DNA of 63,242 nt, the filler included, from Intoshia linei (Eukaryota; Animalia; Orthonectida), in the NCBI GenBank assembly GCA_001642005.1. It is 4 parts of 4 records of this genome, joined end to end, with 100 filler letters (N's around TTAATTAATTAA, not from the genome) between each part and the next. Parts side by side here need not be neighbours in the genome. Positions count along the whole stretch, not along the records: positions 25,571 to 46,901 come from LWCA01000653.1; positions 47,002 to 59,299 come from LWCA01001104.1; 2 more parts are not named here. The stretch is one strand, 5' to 3'. Numbering within the stretch: the first letter of the stretch is position 1; each line of letters opens with the position of its first letter. Below, piece after piece: positions 42,601-53,500 of this stretch. The position numbers and the translations under genes are program-made. Under the pieces are notes generated by a model. The model was not told the origin of the DNA. It saw only the letters and a program-made list of their open reading frames with translations, and did not search any database.

Positions 42601-44712
42601 GAGGAGTATAATGCAAACTATTTGTATGAAAAAATGAGCTAATGCTTTCATTCTCCTTTTTTTCTACAACTTCATCCAAGACATCCGTTTTAGAAATAGA
42701 CACACTCTGTCGGTTATTTTTATAAGAACAGTATACATCTTCGTTAAGAGAAAGTGAAATATTTTCTGGTTTCATAATATACTTTTTTGTAATTTTTTCA
42801 TTTGCAGAAGGCTGATCTAAATCCAAACATAATACAGTTGTACTATAATCATCAAAAGGCTTTTTGTAATAAGAAATTTCATTGTAGTGGTCGTTTATAA
42901 ATGAATCAAATTCGTTATTGTATTTATATTGCTGGAAATCTTCAAACAACCTGCTATTACTAGTATCGCTACCGTGCCTAATTGTTTCATTGGTTTTTTC
43001 ATTTTCTCTATTAAACAGACACAGCCGATTTTTTAACCGACTTTCAAATGTGTTTTCAGTGTTTTTCAAATCTGATTCATGATCATATTTGCCAAGAATT
43101 TTGTGCAGTCCATCGCCATACGGAGAATGCGCAGTCATATCTAAATAAGCTTGAGCAGGATTTGGTTGATTTGGAGGAAAATACTTCATTCCAGACTGCA
43201 AAACTTCAAATACCGCTGGGCCTTTGTAATCTTTACCAAATGCACTATTTATAGAAGACATGGAAACATTGGACGGCTCCGAAACTGAAAACAGCCTATT
43301 TGTAGTTGCCGACGCAAATACCGAATTTGTTGGATTAGTAGTAGACAATGTGTTAGGTTGACCAAACAAACTTGTCGTACCCAGAGTATTAGTTGTCCCA
43401 ATATTTTTAAAAGAAAAGGCATTAGTGCCAGAAGAAAAACTCGGATTGGTATTGGTAGTAAAAGAAGAACTAAATACAGGTTTGGCACCAAACAAAGAAA
43501 CTGACTGAGTAGTTTTCAATCCACTACTTAACCCTGAAACAGACCCAATAAGGGGTTTGTTGTCAAATATTGAAGACGATGTAGATTTTGCAGTAAAAGG
43601 AGAATTTACATTTGTGGCCGTCTGAAAAATATTGGGTTTACTTCCAAAGATGGTAGGTTGCGTTGTTGCGGTATTAAATATATTTGTGGTTGCAGGTTTT
43701 GGATTTGAAAAAAAGCTTGTTGTTGGTTTCGTACTTCCAAAAATTGAAGGCGCTTGAGAATTAGTAGTATTAAATAAGGAAACACTGCTGGTAGCCTTTG
43801 GAGTTGTAGCATTAAAATTCGGGAAAACAGAAGCAGAGGATTTTGCAGCTCCAAAAATATTTGTACTTGTATTTGTAGTAATTGAAGAACCAAAACTTCC
43901 GAAACTTTTCACTGCCGGTGTAGTTGCAAATAAACTGGAAGAATTTGTAGTCGTGGCAGTATTAGACCAAATATTATTTGATGCAGTATTGGTGTTTTGG
44001 AAATTTCCAAATATTGAATTGCTTTTTGTGGTTGGAGTGCTTTTAAAAGAAGATGAACCAAATAAACTCGGTGTAGTTACTGTTTGTGAACCAAAAATTC
44101 TATTTGCTCGATAATCATCTAGTCGTAATTCCTAAAAAATAAAAATTTAAATGCATGGATTAAAACATATGTAGCACGCGAAAACACTCGATAGAATATA
44201 TTTTTATAATGCACTGCATCGTTTCACATATTACACACAAAAAATGTATTATAGGTCCACGATAGCTATTTTAAACAACAGGAATGTTGTCGAGTTTGTA
44301 CTCTGCTCATTTAGGATTTAAACATTTATACATCAAAAACAATAGCGTACCATAATATTTTTGGCTTTGTAGTCATCCATAGCGACTATATTCATTATAG
44401 AAATCTTGGGTTGAACACCATAAGCAGAAGTAGATTTCGTACTGGTATCATTCGTAACAGTGGGAGTAAACGCACTTAGAGATGTGCCCTTTCCACTGTT
44501 AGCATCACTAAATCCTAAACTTGTAGTTGACGTATTAAAACCACCAAACGACTTGTTTAAATTTGAACCGAAGGAACTTGACGCTATAAAATAAAAATTA
44601 TAGAAAAATAGTCAAAAATATATTTACATCCAAAACCTCCCAATCGATTAGTATTCGTATTGCCTAAAAATAAAATAATTAAAAAAAAATATGCATTACC
44701 AAATAAACTCAT
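36659..44712 (-). CDS. NUP98: Nucleoporin Nup98-Nup96 precursor (~11 exons)
   Basis: MSLFG start, FG-type repeats, GLEBS (IMNIVAMDDYKAKNIMELRLDDYRANR), SPYGD motif, autoprotease domain (YFSEP, GYGSVMF, KPEVGEGIN, GTWVFEVNHFSTYG at 39165-39173), then the Nup96 helical region. Confidence 0.93.
40311..40611 (-). mobile_element. hAT MITE family B in Nup98 intron
   Basis: 8-bp TSD GATTAGGG on both sides; CAGGGGTCAGTAACC end on the - strand. Confidence 0.8.
41168..42224. mobile_element. Non-autonomous hAT element (1057 bp) in Nup98 intron
   Basis: TIR TAGGGTGTTAA(T/C)TTTTT and a perfect 8-bp TSD ATACTCAT. Confidence 0.85.
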
Positions 44713-44884
44713 TTATTTAAATATTTTTAATCAAAATGAAATGCAAACATTGCATTTATACAATTTATCACGATAATGCGTAAAGTTTATTGTATAACTA
44801 ATAACAACTTAAAAAGTTGGTGATTTATTAAATTTTGGGTTTTAAAAGTTTGATATAAATTAACGCAAGAAATGAAATGTTAAA
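44713..44884. promoter_or_regulatory. Putative bidirectional promoter, Nup98 / kappaB-Ras
   Basis: Head-to-head ATGs only 172 bp apart. Confidence 0.6.
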
Positions 44885-45523
44885 ATGTTGGACAATTTGA
44901 CAAAACCAATTCGAGTGACCGTGGCGGGAGCAAAACGAGTTGGAAAGACGAGCATACTCACTGTGCTAGCCTACGGAATCGAAACTTTTTCTGAAGACTA
45001 TCATCCTACAATTGAAGATATTTTTTACATCAAAAATGAAAACATTTTATTTTATGATCTGGCTGGCGCAGTAAATTTTTATTTGTACCATTTTAATGGC
45101 TTTTAGTCAGAAGAGGCGACTATTCCAAAACACTACTACAATAACGCCGATGTTTTTACTTGCTATTTTGATTTCATTATATTTTAGGCATTTTTACTCA
45201 TATACGATGTTACCGATCAACTTTCATTTAATATTATGGAAAAACTCAAACACCGCATTGATAAAGTTCGTGACAAAGTTCCAATCGTTTGTTTAGGAAA
45301 TAAATCTGATCAACCACACAGACAACTTACTTTCGATCAAGTCAACTCTTGGGCTGAAACAGAAAATCTTAGACTTTTTGAAGTTTCTGCTACCAAAAGA
45401 ATTTCCCTTAGAGATCCTATAAAATTTCTTCTTAAAAACATTAATATCGGCGGTAACTTTTTGTTTGCTTTTTTATTTTATTTTTTAGTTAAATCTATTT
45501 TTTCGCGATCAAAGCGTTTATAA
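44885..45523 (+). CDS. NKIRAS: kappaB-Ras (NF-kappaB inhibitor-interacting Ras-like); exons 44885-45070, 45107-45151, 45188-45452, 45489-45523
   Basis: GAKRVGKTSIL..LAYG, PTIEDIF, FYDLAG, IPKHYYNNAD, KLKHRIDK, LGNKSD, WAETENLRLFEVS. No CAAX box, as in NKIRAS1/2. Confidence 0.85.
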
Positions 45524-45616
45524 CTTCAGTATTTGTACAAAACCGTGTGTATAATAAATTATATTTATGTCAAATTTCAAGTTTAAATTTGCTAAAAACA
45601 AGTCCTAGAACTGTAA

Positions 45617-46277
45617 TTACAAAAAGTTTGGAAATTCTTTCTTTACATTGTATATTCCGTTTGGGTTAATCACTCTAATACGATCCATGGGTACGTTTCT
45701 GTTTGTGGACGTTGTTGCTACTGAAGAAGAAGCGTTCGTATGAGATTCAGAGTTTCCTTGTCTGTTTCTGTATGAATATTGGATATGGTTTAGGGGCTGG
45801 CTATTCATGAATCTTTCCTTGTTTTGACTGGATAATTCAATTTGATTCATTTGGTTAATAGGTCTTGGTATATTCATTATTTGACCTAAGTCACGTCATT
45901 AATTATTTGTAAATAATTCATACCGTCGTTTTTCAAACTACATGTACGAAACCATGATAAGATAAAACTAATATTTATTTACAATGTTAGCAATTTTAAG
46001 TGACACATTAATTTGAAAAACGCGTATGTACATCATTTACCATTGAAATTGTAAGAATTTGATAAACACGGGTAGGACAATCCAGCACCACTTTTTATAT
46101 TTGAATTGTCACTGTCAGTATTGTTAAATTTATCATAACTTATTAGACGGTAGAACAGCCTACAACAAACGCAAACTGTCAAAATTATGATTATTAGTGA
46201 AACAATAACGATTCCAGTGGATATCACAATAGCCGTTATTATTCCGTGGTCTAATATGTTGTCTATCCATCCACCAT
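45617..46277 (-). CDS. 3' exons (46277-46041, 45885-45617) of a single-pass membrane protein; 5' part lost at the gap
   Basis: Hydrophobic TM (IITAIVISTGIVIVSLIIIILTVCVCC) with a juxtamembrane Cys cluster and basic residues. Phase-1 splice to a polar cytoplasmic tail. Confidence 0.6.
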
Positions 46278-46361
46278 CTAAAATAATATAATATATTTTA
46301 GTCAACAATGTAAAGAAATATTTGATGGAAAATAATTATTTTAATTATAATTAAATTAAAG

Positions 46362-46901
46362 CAGGGATGGGCATCTGCGGCCTCTCAAAAAACGATATAT
46401 TGCCTTGAGAAGTAGTTTATCTTATAAATAAATAATATTATAATAATAAATGCATCTTGAATTTGAAATCTGACTTGTTTACTCAATATCTCTCTAACTC
46501 TTACTCAATATTCTTGTCATATAAGATATAAGATTCATCAATTTTTTAACTTTTAAAGAAATAAAAATTTTTACCCCCATCGGATGTCAGCACAAAAGAA
46601 GCGAAAATATTCATCAGAAAACAGAATTTTCAATTTAGAGTGGGAAAACGACTATTTTTTAGTTCAGAATAAGTCTGGAATGATTTGCCTGATCTGCAGA
46701 AGCAATATCTCAATAATAGAGAAATGCAATGCTGAAAAGTACTATAAACTTCATTTTAATAATCAGATTACAAAACTTAAAGGAGATGACAGAAAAAAGA
46801 AATTAGAGACATTGAAAAACCAGCTCAAAAATATACAGACCTTTTTCAAGAGCCTTCTCTGATGCCGAAATGGTTAAAGAAGCTATAATTGAAACGGTCA
46901 A
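46362..46901 (+). mobile_element. 5' end of hAT Buster/SPIN (GTF2IRD2-like) transposon
   Basis: CAGGGATGGGCA TIR after NNNTANNN. ORF KKRKYSSENRIFNLEWENDYF...CLIC...KLKGDDRKKKL. Confidence 0.85.
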
Positions 46902-47001
46902 NNNNNNNNNNNNNNNNNNNNNNNNNNNNNNNNNNNNNNNNNNNNTTAATTAATTAANNNNNNNNNNNNNNNNNNNNNNNNNNNNNNNNNNNNNNNNNNN
47001 N
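46902..47001. other. Artificial assembly spacer
   Basis: N44-TTAATTAATTAA-N44. Confidence 0.95.
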
Positions 47002-47225
47002 AAAAAATACGATTCAATTGAGCATTTAAAATCTGACATTGATAACTTTTTGACACATAAAAGCCAGAGTTTTTTTTTAAATGGAATTAAGAAGCTACCG
47101 GAACGTTGGAGAAGAAATGTTGAATGCAAGGGAGAATATTTTGTAGAATAAAGGGTAATTAAAATTGTTATTATAGAAGTTTTAATTATAGCTATAAAAA
47201 CGACATTACTTTGTGAATGACCTAA
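47002..47225 (+). mobile_element. 3' end of mariner transposon
   Basis: KYDSIEHLKSDIDNFL...FFLNGIKKLPERWRRNVECKGEYFVE* followed by TIR ...CGACATTACTTTGTGAATGACCTAA|TA. Confidence 0.85.
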
Positions 47226-47583
47226 TATTAGCTTTCAATTGCCTCAGATCGAATTTTGAATATTAAAAATTAATTAAAGTTGCTGAAAATCCACTTATAT
47301 TTACTTTATTTTTAATAAGTATACTTTAAGTTGCTCATATCACAATCTATAATTTTAATTTTATTAACTGCAGATATGATTAATGGATGAATTTTGTTTG
47401 ATGTTTTGTACACGCTATATCTATATTATCATAAATGAAACGTCGCAATTATTTTTTAGTATAAATAGTATAAACCAAATTAAAGTAGTCAACGATATTA
47501 CAATTTATACAAACATTATTATGAGGGTATATTAAGTAAACAACCAACTCATTTTATTATTTAATTTTAATCAGTTAATAGCA

Positions 47584-50500
47584 ATGTCTCAAGGAAAAGG
47601 AATAGCGGGAGCATTAATCATATGTTTATCCATAGTTATAAATGTTGTGTTGGCAGTAATTTTATAATGGCCATATTTTAAATAGTTTATAGAAGTGTAT
47701 TACTAATTTAGAGACGATTAAGAAAGTTTATTCTAATAATTGGTCATTAAAGTTGGTTAAATTTAACCATATGCAACAAATTATTTAGTTTATGCGTCGC
47801 TGATACTATAATTTCCATATTCTCAATGCAATTTTTACAATAATGGTGATGCTTTGTAGGTTGTAAGAGAAATAATATAACAGTTCACAAGGAATTCAAA
47901 ATGTAGTATTCTAAATTTTTCGGAATGATTTTTTAACCCGTAACAATGTTTTTTTGGAACGTGTCATATTTTCCACTATTATGTCAAGTCGCAGAACCCC
48001 CACACTGATCAATCATAGAATAAATAAAATTGTTAAACTTAATTCACCTTACTTATTAACTCACTCATTAATTTAAAATTAATACTAAAGTAATTTTTTG
48101 ATTATGAAATGCCCAATTTTAGAATTGTATGTTAACTGGAAATGACTGTATGAGCTGTGTTTGTGTTTTTATTATGTTTTATTCTGTAAAATGCGGGAAT
48201 ATATACGGATAGATTATTATACGGCCATTTTCCGGACAGTTGCATACCCATATTCATATCGGTAGAAGGGCCTCGGATACGGTACGTTCGACACTGGTAA
48301 TTCACCATAATTGTGTTTGAAATTAATAATTTTTATAATTAAGTCATTGAAACTACTATGTCAAAATTAATATTAAATTTTCGAATTAAGGAGACATATA
48401 TAATAAAAAAATGTAAATATTACCTTAGTGACGTTTTCAAAATGAAGGGGATTTTTTTTGTGACAAGTGATCTATGGTGGAAAAAGTTTGGGAATTACTG
48501 GTCTAAGTTCTGATTAACGAAATTTTACCTATAGTAACACACGTGCAAACGGAATTTAATTTTTTTAAATAAAAATTATTAAATGGTCATATTTCTTGTT
48601 ATTATTTGTTTTTGAATAATACATGACGAAGTAATATACACAAAAAAATTTTCAACGGGGTCGATGTGAACTGCTGGTGTCCACAGAATTTTTTTGGTTC
48701 CATGAAAAATTTCATCAATTTTAAATTATTTTCAAAAATAAAATAAAGTTAAAAACGATATTTTCGCAATGATACTAATTATTTTTAATTAACGCCATCT
48801 AATTTAATATCTATTAAAAATTTGATAAAAAACGTAATAAATTGAATTATAATTAGTAAAAAAATGAGTTTATATTGATGATCGTCATTAAAAATAGATT
48901 TTAGAGCATGGGTGTCAATTATGCGGCCACCAATTACGAAATGTGCGGCCCGCTTTATAATATTAATTTTTATTTTTTATAATAATTTTTTACATATATT
49001 TCTTTTTTTAATGTTTTTTCATATTTTTTTCATGATTTATTTATTCATTATTTTTACACTTATTTCATTTTTATTGTTTCATATGTCATTTTATGAATTT
49101 ATAATTATTATATATTAATTAAATCTGTTAGTTTTTTGAGTATAGATTTTTTTTGTGCGGCCAGCGTAATATTTTTTTATCACATTTGGCCCGCTAAGCA
49201 ATTTGAGTCTGACACTTCTGTAAATATTTGTATACTGTAAGGGGGGTCGACAATATATTTTTTTGGGAACCACAAGAAATTAGAGTCTAACGCCATCTAA
49301 TTTAGTATCTATTAAAAATTTGATAAAAAAAGTAATAAATTAACTTAATTAGTATTAAAATGAGTTGATATTTATGATTCTCTTAAAAATAGAATTTAGA
49401 GCTTCAGAGATAAAATTTATATTATGTAATATAAAATTAAAATATAATACAGTTTAAGTCCTTATTATTTAACCGAAATTTTGTTAGCGAAAATTCTATT
49501 TTAGCGGAAAAATTCCATATTAACGGAATTTTAAATTATTTATTTTTTCTTAACGAATTTGTATGAACCAAAAATTCCGTTAATAATAATTTTATCTCTA
49601 AAGCTCTATAATCTATTTTTAAGAGAATCATAAATATCAATTGATTTTGGTACTAATTAAAAGTCAATTTATTACGTTTTTATCAAATTTTTAATAGATA
49701 CTAAATTAGATGGCGTTAGACTCTAATTTCTTGTGGTTCTCAAAAAAATTTATTGTCGACCCCCCTAACAGTATACAAATATTTTTAGAGAAAATTAATT
49801 AGTACAAAATAGTGAAAATGTTTATTATATTATTATAACAGCGATTAAAAAAATTTTATCTTTTAATATTACTGGTTTTATTTTCGTTATAAAGCATATT
49901 TTAATATAGTTGACAACTTAGTTATTATGGCTAAATCTCTGATTGTTCTTTTTTGTTTATATACTTGTTATTGTCTGGTAAGGGTTAATAACATTTAAAT
50001 TTATTATAATCCAAAATTAATCTGAATTTCAAGACTATAATTAACATTATTAATTATTAATCGAATATTTAAATATCAAATACTAAATCAAATTAATGTT
50101 AACGATTCTAATTTAATTTTAAAATTTTTCTTAAATCTGCGGGGCACTCAGACTCTGTAGGCCCCATTTGGGAACCACTGAATTAGACTGTATAATATAC
50201 AGTGTATATGCTAAACTCCGTAGAAATAACACTGCACAACAAAATGAAAACTTTTTTCGAAGATGTTAATGAGACCTATACGATTAAAAAGCTGAATTTC
50301 CCCTGATCAACATGATACTTCTCTTTTTAATTTTACAGTGCGCTATCAAAAGATATTCATAGATAACATCATAGAAACTAAGCTATTGCAATTAATTTTA
50401 ATTTCTTAATTTGTAAATTACAAATTGTAATGATTTTCATTTTTTTATGTATGTAATTTTAAGTGGAGAATGACATGATCATATTTAGATTAACAAGAAA

Positions 50501-53500
50501 TCATTATTAAATAGCTTACAGGTGTTTAAATATTTAATTTATGACAGGGTTTTTAACAGATCGAATATCTGATATGAGTTACAATTAACTTTTTAACAAT
50601 ACATTCTAGTGTCTAAATCCAGATTTACGGAATTGGTTTAGTTGGAATTTTTCAGTTTTTGATATAAAAATAATATATTTTATTTTTTTCTCCAGCACAT
50701 GAAGTCGCAAATCATATTTGCTTTATTTCTCCTATTGAATCGTCTCTCATATTTTCCAAGAGTTTGAAATATTATAAGTAGATATCAGAATGCGTTTTTT
50801 AAAAACTAATTTTATTCCACGACATCGGCATATACTTTTACCATACCATTACTTTTATACACTCCGTCCACTAATTTTAAAGACAACATGATATTGTGAC
50901 ATAGCTTCCTTATTCGTCAATATTATTTTTTTGAAAATTGACGTTATATAAGTATGTCAATATGTTATCATCGTAAAAAAATATTTTTGAATACTCTCTG
51001 ATAGAATTAAAAGAGCGATCATAAATGAGGTGAAATCTAATCCTGCACACGGAGTAAGGGATGTTGCTGCAATTATGAGATCAAAAGGATTAAAAGTGTG
51101 TAAAACTTCGGTACACAATGTGATTAAAGCAAGCCCAAATATTATTCTAATTAGATCTAATTTAGTATTTCAACAAGATAATGCCAGTTGTCACACGCCT
51201 CGCTTAACATAAACGTTTTTAAATAATCATTTTACTGATATTATGGAGTGGTCTGCTCTCTTTCCAGATATCAAACCCATTTAAAACGTATGGGGGTATC
51301 ATTACGAGACAACTCTATGCGGGAAATAAACAATATAGTCATCTAGGTGAACTACGAATAGCACTAATGAATACATGGCGGATCATTGCTGATACAACGT
51401 TTATTAAACTGGCAAACTCAGTTTAAATCGAAATATTGAAGGTAGGAGGCTAGCGAATTGAATATAGTCATTGCTATTGAGAACAATCATTATGTAATTT
51501 ATGTAGTTATAATAAAACTTAGTGTTGTTATAATTGTGTAACAATGTCCAGTGGACATGTTAGATATTGTGATTTTAACTATTTTATTAATGACTTTTTA
51601 TTTTGGTTTTTTCAAAAATAATTTTTGACGGTTGCAACTTTGTGACGTTCTTATACTGCATGTCAATTTTCAAAAATATTTCTTTATTAATAAGGAAGTT
51701 ACGTCATAATATCATGTTGTCTTTAAAATTTGTGGACGGAGTGTATACTACATTTGAGTCAATGTAATTATACCTTAACTAAAAATTCTTACGCCCAAAA
51801 CATTGAAATCACTCCTAGGGTGACACCGCTTCTGTTGAGACGACAGTGATAAATGTATAAATACACCGTTTAGATTATTTCGATATGCCTCTTAACAATA
51901 GGAATAATTTTAAAGTATGGATTAGAAAAAATGTTGATTGATTATGCTGAAGCTAAATATAATGAAAAATTTGAATATGATCTGGATCTGTCAAACTTGA
52001 TCAATCCATATTCAATAATTTTAATAATTGTTGGTAGCATTTTATTAGGTTTGTCTATTTTTGGGTTTATTGGAATTTGCTTTAAAAAAAAGATTTTGCT
52101 ATTATTGGTATTTTCAATGTAGTTTTCAATTTATATATTATTCCATTTAGTATATTATAATGAATGTATTATTCTTTGCTTTGCAAATTATTGTTCTCAT
52201 TGTTTATCTCAAATTCACCTCTACGGTAATTTCAATCTTTAATACAGACCATATTAGGGGTATAACCTGGTTTTATTTTTTTAAATGCCCATATTTCCCT
52301 ACTTATGTGACCATTTAAGTGACCTACAGGAAATATAGATGTTTTCTATTTATATAGTCATGTTTGCACAAAAGTAGGTCGCATTTAATATATATATATA
52401 TATATATATATTAAATGCGAAAATGACTATATCAAATACAAACATGACTATATAAATAGAGAACAGTTATAATATCCAAGATTCATACTCATAGATAGAC
52501 TTAAAATGCGAGTATGACCGCATGGATGTAACATGGTTATTTGCACTATTTTACATATAAGTAAATACTAAAACGTACATTTACAGTTAAAAACCGTTAC
52601 GGTGTTACTCGCAAAAAATATTATATAAATTTAACATCTGTTTTTGAATATTATGTCAATATTTAATTAATTTAGGTTTTGAAAATAGATTGAATAGTGA
52701 GATAAGAACATAGTTAACAGATATTTCCGTAATTCAAAAAAATCCATTATTGTAATTAGACTATAAATTCGGTTCAAAATACGCATAAATGTTACGCCGT
52801 TACGAATTGAACTTATTATTTACGTTATACATTTATGGTATTAATAAATTGTAAATTATAGCCACAAAACGGTGCTTCACCTATATTCTAATAAATTAAT
52901 ACTTTAATTAACATTAATATAAGTATAATTATATAATTCTAATTAACACAAATAATTGTATATTTTAATAATTAACTCATGTTGTTAAATTCTAAACGCA
53001 TTATTTTTACGCACATTCGATAGAGTTTAATTTTCGGAACATTACCATGTACTGGTATTACTTTTTTAGTCAACATTGGCGTAGTTATGATGCATTCCTT
53101 TTGAGAATGTATTTTAAAATATGGTATATTTTACTTTTTTATGTCATAATATATTAATAGAGCCTTAATATTAAATTTTCTACAATAATTTTGTAATTTT
53201 TTGAAAATGTACGAATGAAACTAACAAACAACGTAAAAAGAAATATGGTAGCATATAATTTAAAATTATCTTTTTTTTTAATTTATGACAGAATGGCTCA
53301 TCTACATACGTATTGTTTGGTTTCATAAATGATTGACTTTTAATATCAAGTCGAATAATTAATTTTATTAATTAAAAAATATTCCGCTGTTACCCTCGAA
53401 AAATATCAAATTAGCCAAAGTTTGGGAATCACTGCTCTAATGTGGCGTGCATTGTTAATATATAACATTGGATGAATCCCGATTAAGGTAGTTTTGAAGA

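Noticed and set aside
48912-49118. Hydrophobic 68-aa ORF (and similar F/I/L-rich ORFs at 362, 25719, 36088, 54566)
   Set aside because: T-rich MITE or intron sequence translating to hydrophobic residues.
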